Assembly: GCA_963801165.1 (NCBI GenBank)
Contig: CAWDDT010000006.1
Location: 96,001 to 160,000 of the forward strand
DNA from: an uncultured bacterium
GTDB lineage: Bacteria > Actinomycetota > Acidimicrobiia > Spongiisociales > UBA5794
DNA length: 64,000 nt
Direction: 5' to 3'
This document shows, piece after piece, positions 27,491 to 38,204 of the stretch. The stretch's first letter is position 1; each line of letters opens with the position of its first letter. A program made the position numbers and the translations under genes. The notes under the pieces are model-generated. The model had not been told where the DNA came from. It searched no databases and worked only from the letters and a program-made list of their open reading frames with translations.

Positions 27491-27579
27491 GGTACGCGTC
27501 AATGGATTGACGTACGCCTCAATGGATTGAGCTGCTGGTGTCGGCTGGATTGCTTGGCTGGATTACTCGGCTGGATTAC
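27482..27579. repeat. 20-bp tandem repeat x2.5 starting at the yebC end (ATGGATTGA...), then a 13-bp repeat x3 (TCGGCTGGATTAC)
   Basis: ATGGATTGA at 27482, 27502, 27522; 13-mers at 27541, 27554, 27567. Confidence 0.85.
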
Positions 27580-27618
27580 GAGGTCCTTGGCATGACGGAG
27601 TGCCACCCCTACGCTAGG

Positions 27619-27630
27619 GAACATATGTTC
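27619..27630. promoter_or_regulatory. LexA SOS box (GAAC-N4-GTTC) overlapping the ruvC start
   Basis: GAACATATGTTC matches the Gram-positive/actinobacterial LexA core; TACGCT -10-like box at 27610-27615. Confidence 0.75.
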
Positions 27631-28122
27631 GTCCTTGGAATCGATCCCGGTTTGTCTACGCTCGGCTACGGCGTGCTCGAAGCCCGTGGCCATCGCATCA
27701 GGGCGGTCGCCGCGGGCGCCATCCGCACCGATCCGGCCAAGGCGGTCGGCGATCGCCTCGCCGAGTTGTACCGGGACCTCGATGAGCTGATAACCGAGCA
27801 TGAGCCCGATGAAGCCGCCATCGAGCAGGTCTTCGTCAACCGCAACCTGCAGACCGCAACTACGGTTGGGAGAGCCTCGGGGGTGGCGCTGCTGGCGTTG
27901 GCGCACCACGGCGTCCCGGTTTCCGAGTACACGCCGTCCGCGGTCAAGCGGGCGCTCACCGGATATGGCAGCGCCGACAAGCTGCAGATGAGGAAGGTGG
28001 TTGCTATGCGTCTCGGCCTCACCGAGCTGCCCAGTCCGGCCGATGCCGCCGACGCTCTTGCCATAGCCTTGTGCCTCATCCAAGAGGCTCCTGTGCGCCG
28101 ACTCGTCGAGGGGGCGTCGTGA
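27625..28122 (+). CDS. ruvC: Holliday junction resolvase RuvC
   Basis: MFVLGIDPG, AAIEQVF, EYTPSAVK, DAADALAIA. Confidence 0.95.
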   Translation: MFVLGIDPGLSTLGYGVLEARGHRIRAVAAGAIRTDPAKAVGDRLAELYRDLDELITEHEPDEAAIEQVFVNRNLQTATTVGRASGVALLALAHHGVPVSEYTPSAVKRALTGYGSADKLQMRKVVAMRLGLTELPSPADAADALAIALCLIQEAPVRRLVEGAS

Positions 28123-28691
28123 TAGGCAGGTTGCGAGGAGAGATCGCCGAGAAGACCGGAGAGAGGATATTGCTCGACGTCGCCGGAGTCGGCTACGAGG
28201 TCGCGATCACCCCGGCGACCTCCAGTTCGCTGCCCGGCGTCGGTCAACCCGCCGTGCTGCATACCCACCTTCATGTGCGCGAGGACGCGATGGCGCTCTT
28301 CGGCTTCGGCGACAGCGATCAGCGCGACGTGTTCCAGGTCCTCATCGGTGTGAGCGGGGTGGGGCCCAAGCTGGCTATGGCCATTCTGGCGACGTTCGGT
28401 CCGGATCAGCTTCGTCACATCGTCCTCACCGAGGACGTGGCTGCCCTCACCTCGGTGCCTGGCATTGGCCAGCGCAGCGCTCAGAAGCTGCTGCTCGAGT
28501 TGAAGCCGAGGCTGGATGTCCCGGATTCGCCGCTCCCGGCGGGCACGCCGCTGGCAGAGGTGCGCCTGGCTCTCGAGAGCCTCGGCTACCAATCGGCGGA
28601 GATCCGGGACGTGTTGCGCGATCTGCCTGCCGGTGACTCGGTCGAGGAGTCGTTGCGGGCCGCCCTCCAGGAGTTGGGGAAGCGGCGGTGA
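28119..28691 (+). CDS. ruvA: Holliday junction branch migration protein RuvA
   Basis: IGRLRG, DVAGVGYEV, HVREDAMALFGF, HhH motifs GVGPK/GIGQR. Confidence 0.95.
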   Translation: MIGRLRGEIAEKTGERILLDVAGVGYEVAITPATSSSLPGVGQPAVLHTHLHVREDAMALFGFGDSDQRDVFQVLIGVSGVGPKLAMAILATFGPDQLRHIVLTEDVAALTSVPGIGQRSAQKLLLELKPRLDVPDSPLPAGTPLAEVRLALESLGYQSAEIRDVLRDLPAGDSVEESLRAALQELGKRR

Positions 28692-28697
28692 TGGACC

Positions 28698-29723
28698 ATG
28701 CGTGACGAAGGTCCGCTCGCGACGAGCCCTCTGCCGGAGGACGATCGGGACGATGTGACGCTCCGGCCCCGGCACATGGACGATTTCGTTGGTCAGACCG
28801 AGCTGAAGGAACGCCTGTCCATTCTCATCGAAGCTGCTCGCCAGCGCGGGGAGTCGGTCGACCACGTCCTCTTCTCGGGACCACCGGGGCTCGGCAAGAC
28901 GTCGCTGGCCGCCATCCTCGCCGTCGAGATGAACGCACACTTCCAGGCCACGAGCGGGCCGGCCCTCGAGCGGCCGGGCGATCTCGCCGCCGTGATCACC
29001 AACCTGGAGCGTGGCGATGTGCTCTTCATCGATGAGATTCACCGGCTACCCCGCCAGGTCGAGGAGGTGCTGTACCCGGCGATGGAGGACTTTCAGCTCG
29101 ACATCGTCGTCGGCAAGGGCCCGGCTGCGAGGTCGATCCGTCTCGATCTCCCGCCGTTCACGCTGGTCGGCGCCACCACCCGTGTGGGGAGGGTGGCGCC
29201 GCCGCTACGTGACCGCTTCGGCTACGTGGCCCGGCTCGACTATTACAACTCCGCGGATCTCTCCCGGATCGTGATGCGATCTGCAGGGATTCTCGAGGTC
29301 AGTGTGACAACGGATGGCGCCGCCGCCGTTTCCCATCGTTCCCGCGGCACACCCCGCATAGCCAACCGGTTGTTGCGCCGCGTGCGGGATTTCGCGGCGG
29401 TGCGGTCGGACGGCATCGTCGATGAGGAGACGGCGCTCAGGGCACTCCACGTGTTCGAGGTCGATGACGCCGGTCTCGACAAGGTGGATCGGGCGGTACT
29501 AGAGGCGATCATCGGCAAGTTCGGCGGCGGGCCCGTGGGCCTGTCGACGCTGGCGATAGCGGTAGGCGAGGATCCCGAGACGGTAGAGGACGCCTACGAG
29601 CCCTACCTCTTGCAGGAAGGCTTCATCCAGCGCACGCCGCGGGGACGGGTGGCGACGCCTCACGCTTACCGGCACCTGGGCGTGGCCCCACCCGACGACG
29701 GCGGTCAAGGCACGCTCATCTGA
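28698..29723 (+). CDS. ruvB: Holliday junction helicase RuvB
   Basis: [36 protein letters not shown]. Confidence 0.98.
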   Translation: MRDEGPLATSPLPEDDRDDVTLRPRHMDDFVGQTELKERLSILIEAARQRGESVDHVLFSGPPGLGKTSLAAILAVEMNAHFQATSGPALERPGDLAAVITNLERGDVLFIDEIHRLPRQVEEVLYPAMEDFQLDIVVGKGPAARSIRLDLPPFTLVGATTRVGRVAPPLRDRFGYVARLDYYNSADLSRIVMRSAGILEVSVTTDGAAAVSHRSRGTPRIANRLLRRVRDFAAVRSDGIVDEETALRALHVFEVDDAGLDKVDRAVLEAIIGKFGGGPVGLSTLAIAVGEDPETVEDAYEPYLLQEGFIQRTPRGRVATPHAYRHLGVAPPDDGGQGTLI

Positions 29724-29815
29724 AACGGGCCCCGTGGTCGGTGTTCTCCCGCTCCGGTCGGCCCGGATACGCGGTAGGTTTGGGAGCCTGCGGCCAACTC
29801 AGGAGGGAGCTGTAC

Positions 29816-31276
29816 GTGGATTGGCTCGAGGATGATCCAGGTCTTCCGATCAAACTCGGCCCGGCTTCGAACGGGGAGTATCTTCCCCAGCCGCTGGGAC
29901 CAACGGTTACCGAGGCGCTCCGGCTGGCACGCGAGCAATGTGATCGGGTGGCCCGTAAATTGCGGATGGACCGCCGCGAGTTCCTGAAGACCGCTGCAGC
30001 ATCGGCGATAACACTCTTCTTTCTCGATCGCACAGCCGCAGCCGCGGTAGCCGAGCCCGGAGGCCGGTTCCTGATCCCTGCGGAGGCCATCTGGGAGCCG
30101 CTGGCTGCCGAGGAGCGGATCACCGGGGACGAGTTCATAATGGACGTGCAGGGGCACCTACTCGAGTACGACCTCAACCCCGCCACCCGTGGCAAGCGCT
30201 TCTGGGGCGACCAGTTCCCCCAGGTCAACTGCGGTGAGGAGGACCCGCGGGCTTGTTTCACAATGACCCACTTCATGGAGGAGATGTTCCTCCGCTCGGA
30301 TACGTCCATGGCTGTCGTCTCTGCACTGCCGATCTACCCCGAAGGCAGCCCCCTCCCCATCGAGGTCATGGAGGAGACCCGCCGCGCCGCGATCGGGCTC
30401 ACCCGCGACGACCGGATCAAGATCCACGCCCAGGTGCTGCCGCAGATAACCGACCTGGGTGCCACGTTGGAGGAGATGGAGAACGTCGCCACCAACCACC
30501 CCATCGTCGGGTGGAAGACGTTCACCCACTTCCCGGACCCCGTTACCGGCGACCACTACTGGCTCGACGATCACGAGCCCGGGGTTCCCCAGGTGGGTCG
30601 AGCGATGATCGAGAAGTCGCTGGAGCTCGGCATAAACAGAATCTGCATCCACAAGGGGCTGTCCGACGGCAGCCGGTTTGGCTCGCCGATCGACATCGGC
30701 CCGGTCGCGCGGGACTACCCGGCAATGAACTTCATCGTGTACCACTGTGGATTCGAGGTAAATGTCGTCGAAGGCCCCTATACCGAAGACACACGCAACC
30801 GGGGTGTCAACAGGTTCATCGACACGCTGCGGGAAAACGGGATCGGCCCCGGTGACAACGTCTACGGCGAGCTGGGATCGATCTGGTGGTACCTGATACG
30901 AACGCCGACGCAGGCGGCACACGTCCTGGGCAAGTTGCTCGCACAGCTCGGCGAGGAGCGAATCCTGTGGGGCACCGACTCGATCTTCTACGGCTCGCCG
31001 CAGGATCAGATCGAGGCGTTCCGTGCATTCAGCATCTCATCCGCCTTCCGGGAGAAGTACGGGTACCCGCCGTTGGGAGGCCATGCCAAACGCAGGATCT
31101 TTGGCCTCAACGCGGCCGAGCTATACGGCGTCGATCCGTTCAAGGTCCACTGGGACTTCACCAGGGCGGAGCTGGCGGAGATAAGACGCACTTTTCCCGA
31201 CGGCAACCGGACACTCGGCCCCACGACTGCCACCGAGGTACGCGCCTTCAACCGCCATCACCAGGGGTGGTTGTAA
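29816..31276 (+). CDS. Amidohydrolase family (Amidohydro_2-like) protein
   Basis: DVQGH, GWKTF, ICIHKG, FIVYHCG, ILWGTDS, IFGLNAAELY; internal DRREFLK motif; AGGAGG RBS. Confidence 0.85.
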   Translation: MDWLEDDPGLPIKLGPASNGEYLPQPLGPTVTEALRLAREQCDRVARKLRMDRREFLKTAAASAITLFFLDRTAAAAVAEPGGRFLIPAEAIWEPLAAEERITGDEFIMDVQGHLLEYDLNPATRGKRFWGDQFPQVNCGEEDPRACFTMTHFMEEMFLRSDTSMAVVSALPIYPEGSPLPIEVMEETRRAAIGLTRDDRIKIHAQVLPQITDLGATLEEMENVATNHPIVGWKTFTHFPDPVTGDHYWLDDHEPGVPQVGRAMIEKSLELGINRICIHKGLSDGSRFGSPIDIGPVARDYPAMNFIVYHCGFEVNVVEGPYTEDTRNRGVNRFIDTLRENGIGPGDNVYGELGSIWWYLIRTPTQAAHVLGKLLAQLGEERILWGTDSIFYGSPQDQIEAFRAFSISSAFREKYGYPPLGGHAKRRIFGLNAAELYGVDPFKVHWDFTRAELAEIRRTFPDGNRTLGPTTATEVRAFNRHHQGWL

Positions 31277-31306
31277 TCAGTGCGGCCGGCGGGGGAACCG
31301 GTGGAG

Positions 31307-32257
31307 CTAGAACGTGGGCCCCTCGATCCAGCGCTCCGCCAGCTTGCCTATGTAGACGTCCGGGGTTGTCTGGTAGAGCGATGCGCCGCCGGTGAACGCC
31401 GCCGTTTGTAGCCGGTGGCGCTCGGTGGCGATGGCGCCGTGGACCGGGTTGGGGTCGATTCCGGCCACCAATGCCGTGTCCCGCACGAGCCGGTGGGTAA
31501 GAACGGCGAGATCGTGGTCCTGGCCGAGCTGGTCGGTCAGCGTTGCCAGCTGGACCTCCTGCTCGCCCAACTCGCCCGGGCCGAGGATATTGAGCGCCTC
31601 GACCTGGTGACGGAGGTACTTGGCGCGCTTGCGCCAGGCATGGAGCAGGGTGTCGGTCGGCGAGGTTGCCGCGTTTCGCAATGCCTTCCGCCCGCTCCGG
31701 TAGACCCGCTCCAGCCCGGGGGCGATGGACTCGAACGTGTGCGGCAGCGGCTTGTCGGGATCGCCGCCCTCCAGCATCCAGACCTTGCTCCGCTTCTTGA
31801 CGTGCTCGAGCTGCACGACAATCGACGCAACATGGGCCGCATTACCCAAAATCGCGTCGCGCTCGATCTCGTACCGGGCTTGTAGCCGCCCGCGCAGGGT
31901 GGCGACTGCCGGTGCGGCCTCCTCATCGCTGAGGCCGAGCCCGTCGAGTGTGCCCGCCATGACCCACACGTCCCGGATCCAGCCGAGCTCCGAGGCGACG
32001 AGCCCGAGTACGTCGTTGTCTGTTCGGTAGACGTCGGTGGGAACCGAATCGCGCACAAGACGCAGCATGGCTCGCAGCCGCTTGATCGCCTTGCGAGTCA
32101 CGTGGACGGATTCGGCCGCGTCCCCGTCGGCCACACCGGCGATGCCGAGAGCTTCGTCGAACTGCTCGGTGACCACGCGCGCAAGCGCCTCGCACAGACT
32201 CTCTCCCTGGCGGAAGCGGATAACGGTTGAAGCCGTGTCGAGCTGTTGTTCATCCAC
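31307..32257 (-). CDS. CHAD domain protein (polyphosphate-binding family)
   Basis: VHVTRKAIKRLRAMLRL, LHAWRKRAKYLRHQVE, LGQDHDLAVL. Confidence 0.88.
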   Translation of the reverse strand: MDEQQLDTASTVIRFRQGESLCEALARVVTEQFDEALGIAGVADGDAAESVHVTRKAIKRLRAMLRLVRDSVPTDVYRTDNDVLGLVASELGWIRDVWVMAGTLDGLGLSDEEAAPAVATLRGRLQARYEIERDAILGNAAHVASIVVQLEHVKKRSKVWMLEGGDPDKPLPHTFESIAPGLERVYRSGRKALRNAATSPTDTLLHAWRKRAKYLRHQVEALNILGPGELGEQEVQLATLTDQLGQDHDLAVLTHRLVRDTALVAGIDPNPVHGAIATERHRLQTAAFTGGASLYQTTPDVYIGKLAERWIEGPTF

Positions 32258-32270
32258 ACGGCGAGGGTAA

Positions 32271-34421
<2,151 letters not shown>

Positions 34422-34431
34422 TTTTCACGCT

Positions 34432-34842
34432 TTGGATCAGACCGCACTAACCTATGCCGGCCCGACTCCGTTTGAGGGTGTGGCTGTTATTCCACTGGAG
34501 GCTTTCGTGCCATACAACACGATCGTTCCCTGGTTGCTGCTGGCGACCGATGAAGGAGCGACCCAGGGCTCAGCAAGTTGGCTGGGTCTGCTGCTTCCGC
34601 TCGTCATTTTCGGGGGCTTGTTCTACGTTGCTCTCATCTACCCGCAGCGGAAGCGGCAGCGACAGATGCAGGAGCTGCGTAACTCCGTCGAGGTTGGAGA
34701 CCAGGTTCGGACCATCGGAGGGATCCTCGGGCGCGTGACCAGGCTCGATGGGGACGAAGCGACCATAGACGTAGGCAAGGGGACGACGTTGACCATTACC
34801 GTCCGGGCAATTGCCGAAAAGCTTGGAGATGCGAAAGAGTGA
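34432..34842 (+). CDS. yajC: Preprotein translocase subunit YajC (true start probably downstream)
   Basis: TM helix, PQRKRQR, VGDQVRTIGGILG; located between tgt and secD. Confidence 0.85.
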   Translation: MDQTALTYAGPTPFEGVAVIPLEAFVPYNTIVPWLLLATDEGATQGSASWLGLLLPLVIFGGLFYVALIYPQRKRQRQMQELRNSVEVGDQVRTIGGILGRVTRLDGDEATIDVGKGTTLTITVRAIAEKLGDAKE

Positions 34843-36495
34843 ACCGCCGACCGTTGTGGATCTCATTGATCCTCGCCATTGTCATTTCGTGGGGGTCGCT
34901 GGCTGCGATGGTGGCCGGTGGATGGGACCCCAAGCTCGGTCTCGACCTCCAGGGTGGGTTCTCGGTTGTGCTGGCCGCACCAGCGGGCACCGACCGCGCC
35001 GTGCTCGACCAGGCTGTCACCACAATGCGCAACCGCATCGAGAGTCTCGGTGCGGTTCAGGAGCCTGAGATCTCAGTACAGGGCGACCGTCGCATACTCG
35101 TGCAATTGCCCGGCGTAAAGGACCGCGAGCGTGCCCTCGCCGCGGTTGGCAAGACGGGCCAGCTCACGTTCCGACCGGTGTACTCCATCAGCGCCGTCAG
35201 CCCGGCGTTCACCGAGGGCATCCTCTCGCTGCCAACCACCACGTTGGCTCCCGGGGAGACCACAACGACAACAGCGGCGCCGGAGACCACGACCACGACC
35301 ACAGACGGCCGCACCCGGAGACACGACCACAACGACAACGGCCGCACCCGGAGACACGACCACAGCCGCGCCAACGACGACCACCACCCTTCCCCCCAAT
35401 ACGACCGCAACCAGTTGCGATGACCAACCGCCGCCTGTATCGGCCGCCGATCTGGACCCGACCACCGGGCTGAGCGTGGTGGACGATCCGAACAATGGGG
35501 TGTACCTGGCGGATGACAGCGGACGTATCTTCGACCTCGGTCCGGCGTTCCTCACCGGCGCCGATCTGACCGGTGCCGCGGCCGGCTTCGGCGGCAACAC
35601 GCAGGGCTGGGACGTCGACCCGTCGTTCACTGCGGACGGTGGGAAGAAATTCGAAGAATGCACCGCCGTCCTCTCCACCTACGTCTATGGCGATCCGCAT
35701 CGTCAGATGGCGATCGTCCTCGACGGCAAGGTCATCTCGGCACCGTCGATCGCACAAGACGTCGCCTCCGGCGAGTCCCTCAAGGCCGACTCAGTCGTGA
35801 TCACGATGGGGTCGGCGGCCGACAACGGTCAACAAGAGGCCGAAGACCTGGCGACCGTGCTGCGATATGGTGCGCTCCCGACCACGTTCGAGCGCGAGAG
35901 CGAGGGCTCCATATCGGCCAGCCTCGGGTCCGATTCGCTGCGGGCGGGGCTGATCGCCGGTATCGCCGGTCTGATCCTGGTCGCGTTGGCCATGCTGGCC
36001 TACTACCGGATCCTCGGCCTGATTGCAGTGCTCGGCTTCAGCGTTTTCGGCTCGCTTCTGCTGGGAACGATCATCCTGCTGGGCCAGACCCAGGGCACGA
36101 CGCTCACGTTGTCGGGTGTCACCGGCATAATCGTGTCGGTGGGTATCACCGCCGATTCCTACATCGTCTTCTTCGAGAGGATCAAGGAGGAGCACAGGCG
36201 AGGGCGGGCGTTGAAACCCGCGGTGGATTACGGATTCAAGCGGGCCTTCCACACGATCATCACCGCGGATACGGTGACCATGGCCGGATCCGTTCTTCTG
36301 TGGCTCCTGGCGATCGGACCGGTGAAGGGGTTTGCGCTCACACTTGGTATCGCGACGGCGGTGGATGTCATTGTCGCTTACGTCTTCACCCGACCGTTTG
36401 CGATGCTGCTCGTGCGCGGCAAGCTCAGTGAAGTCGGAATGTTCTCCATCAGGGCCGCCATGGGAAGAGGCATCGTCGAGGAGGTGGCGTCGTGA
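34839..36495 (+). CDS. secD: Protein translocase subunit SecD, with a frameshift near 35301-35304 in a Thr/Pro-rich repeat
   Basis: KLGLDLQGG and ILVQLPG in frame 34839; AIVLDGKVISAP, LRYGALP, GITADSYIVFFERIKEE, GPVKGFA in frame 35131. Confidence 0.9.
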
Positions 36496-37655
36496 GCGTG
36501 TGGACAGACCTCTACCGGGGCGAGACGGAGTTCGACTTCGTGCGGCATCGGCGTCGCTTCTTCGTCATCTCGGGAATTGTCATCCTGGTCTCGCTCTTCT
36601 CGCTGATGTTCCGTGGTTTGAACGGAAGCATCGACTTCACCGGTGGTGCCGTCATCGATGCCCCGAACCAATCAGGGCAGGTCGTCGCCGGGTACCGCGA
36701 CGGCCTGGCCACGATCGGCGAGGAGGGCGCACGCGTCCAGATCCGCACGGAATCCGACGGGAGCGAAACGGCGATCATCCAGACCGGGGCGCTCAGCGTC
36801 GAGCAGCGGGACCAGCTGGTCGCGACGGTGGCGGATGTGGCAGGTGTGGATCCCAACGACCTGTCGATCGAATCGACCGGTCCCACGTTCGGGTCCGAGA
36901 TAACCAGACGGGCCATCGAGGCGCTCGTCATCTTCCTGTTGGTCGTGGCGCTCTATATCACGTGGCGTTTCGAGTGGAAGATGTCGGCGGCCGCGCTGAC
37001 GGCCTTGTTCCACGACTTGATCGTCACCGCCGGTGTCTACTCGCTCGTCGGTTTCGAAGTGACTCCTGCGACCGTAATCGCCATTCTGACGATTCTCGGC
37101 TACTCCTTGTACGACACGGTCGTCGTCTTCGACAAGATCACGGAGAACGTGCACGAATTGGGCAATAGGAACACTTTCACCGAGATCACCAACCTCTCGA
37201 TGAACCAGGTTCTGATGCGCTCGCTCAACACGTCTTTGACCTCTCTCTTGCCGATAGGGAGCCTTCTCTTCGTCGGTTCCTACCTGCTGGGCGCCGCCAC
37301 GTTGCGCCAGTTTGCCCTGGCGCTCTTCATCGGAATTGCCGCCGGTACCTATTCCTCGATATTCGTGGCCTCTCCGCTTCTGACAGCGTGGAAGGAAACC
37401 GAACCTCAATGGCAGCGGATGCAGCGTCGCGCCGAGCGACGGACCGGCGACACCACTGTGGTTGCCGCCGAAGCACCCGCCACCAAGGCTGCCCCGGCAG
37501 CGAAGACACCTGCGAAGACACCTGGGAAGACACCCGCCAAGACGCAGTCCAAAGCTCCGGCGAAGAGCAGTTCCGGTTCGTCCGCAACGGCGACGGAGAA
37601 ACGGGCGTCGGGAGCGCGGCCGCGGCCACCAAAACGGCGCGGCAAGCGGCGGTAG
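36492..37655 (+). CDS. secF: Protein translocase subunit SecF
   Basis: IDFTGG, GYSLYDTVVVFDKI, MRSLNTS, GTYSSIFVA; low-complexity tail with AKTP repeats. Confidence 0.95.
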   Translation: MSVWTDLYRGETEFDFVRHRRRFFVISGIVILVSLFSLMFRGLNGSIDFTGGAVIDAPNQSGQVVAGYRDGLATIGEEGARVQIRTESDGSETAIIQTGALSVEQRDQLVATVADVAGVDPNDLSIESTGPTFGSEITRRAIEALVIFLLVVALYITWRFEWKMSAAALTALFHDLIVTAGVYSLVGFEVTPATVIAILTILGYSLYDTVVVFDKITENVHELGNRNTFTEITNLSMNQVLMRSLNTSLTSLLPIGSLLFVGSYLLGAATLRQFALALFIGIAAGTYSSIFVASPLLTAWKETEPQWQRMQRRAERRTGDTTVVAAEAPATKAAPAAKTPAKTPGKTPAKTQSKAPAKSSSGSSATATEKRASGARPRPPKRRGKRR

Positions 37656-37664
37656 ACTGGTTTC

Positions 37665-38204
37665 GTGATCGAATCAACCGAGTCGCGAGTTCGCTCGCTA
37701 ATCCGTGATATCCCGGACTTCCCGGAGCCCGGAATCATCTTCAAAGACATCACCCCCTTGCTGGGCGACTATGCCGCGTTCGATGGAGCCATCGACGCGA
37801 TGATCGAGCCTTTCCGGTCGCGCGGCGTGACGAAGGTGGTTGGGATAGAAGCTCGCGGCTTCATTTTCGCGGCACCTATCGCCATCCGCCTCGGAGCTGG
37901 TTTCATCCCGGTGCGCAAGCCGGGAAAGCTGCCATACGACGTACACCACCAGGTCTACGAACTCGAATACGGCACTGACCGTGTCGAGATCCACCAGGAC
38001 GCGGCCATGCCAAACGACAACGTGCTCGTTGTCGACGACGTTTTGGCCACCGGGGGGACGGGCCGGGCATCGACAGATCTCATCCGGGCGCTCGGAGCCC
38101 ACGTCGTCGGGTTCACGGTCCTTGCCGAGCTAGCCTTCCTGGGGGGTCGGGAACGGTTGGACGGGGTCGATGTTCATGCGGTGGTGAGGTATGGCGCTTC
38201 CTGA
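37665..38204 (+). CDS. apt: Adenine phosphoribosyltransferase
   Basis: IPDFPEPGIIFKDITP, GIEARGF, RKPGKLP, VDDVLATGGT. Confidence 0.97.
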   Translation: MIESTESRVRSLIRDIPDFPEPGIIFKDITPLLGDYAAFDGAIDAMIEPFRSRGVTKVVGIEARGFIFAAPIAIRLGAGFIPVRKPGKLPYDVHHQVYELEYGTDRVEIHQDAAMPNDNVLVVDDVLATGGTGRASTDLIRALGAHVVGFTVLAELAFLGGRERLDGVDVHAVVRYGAS

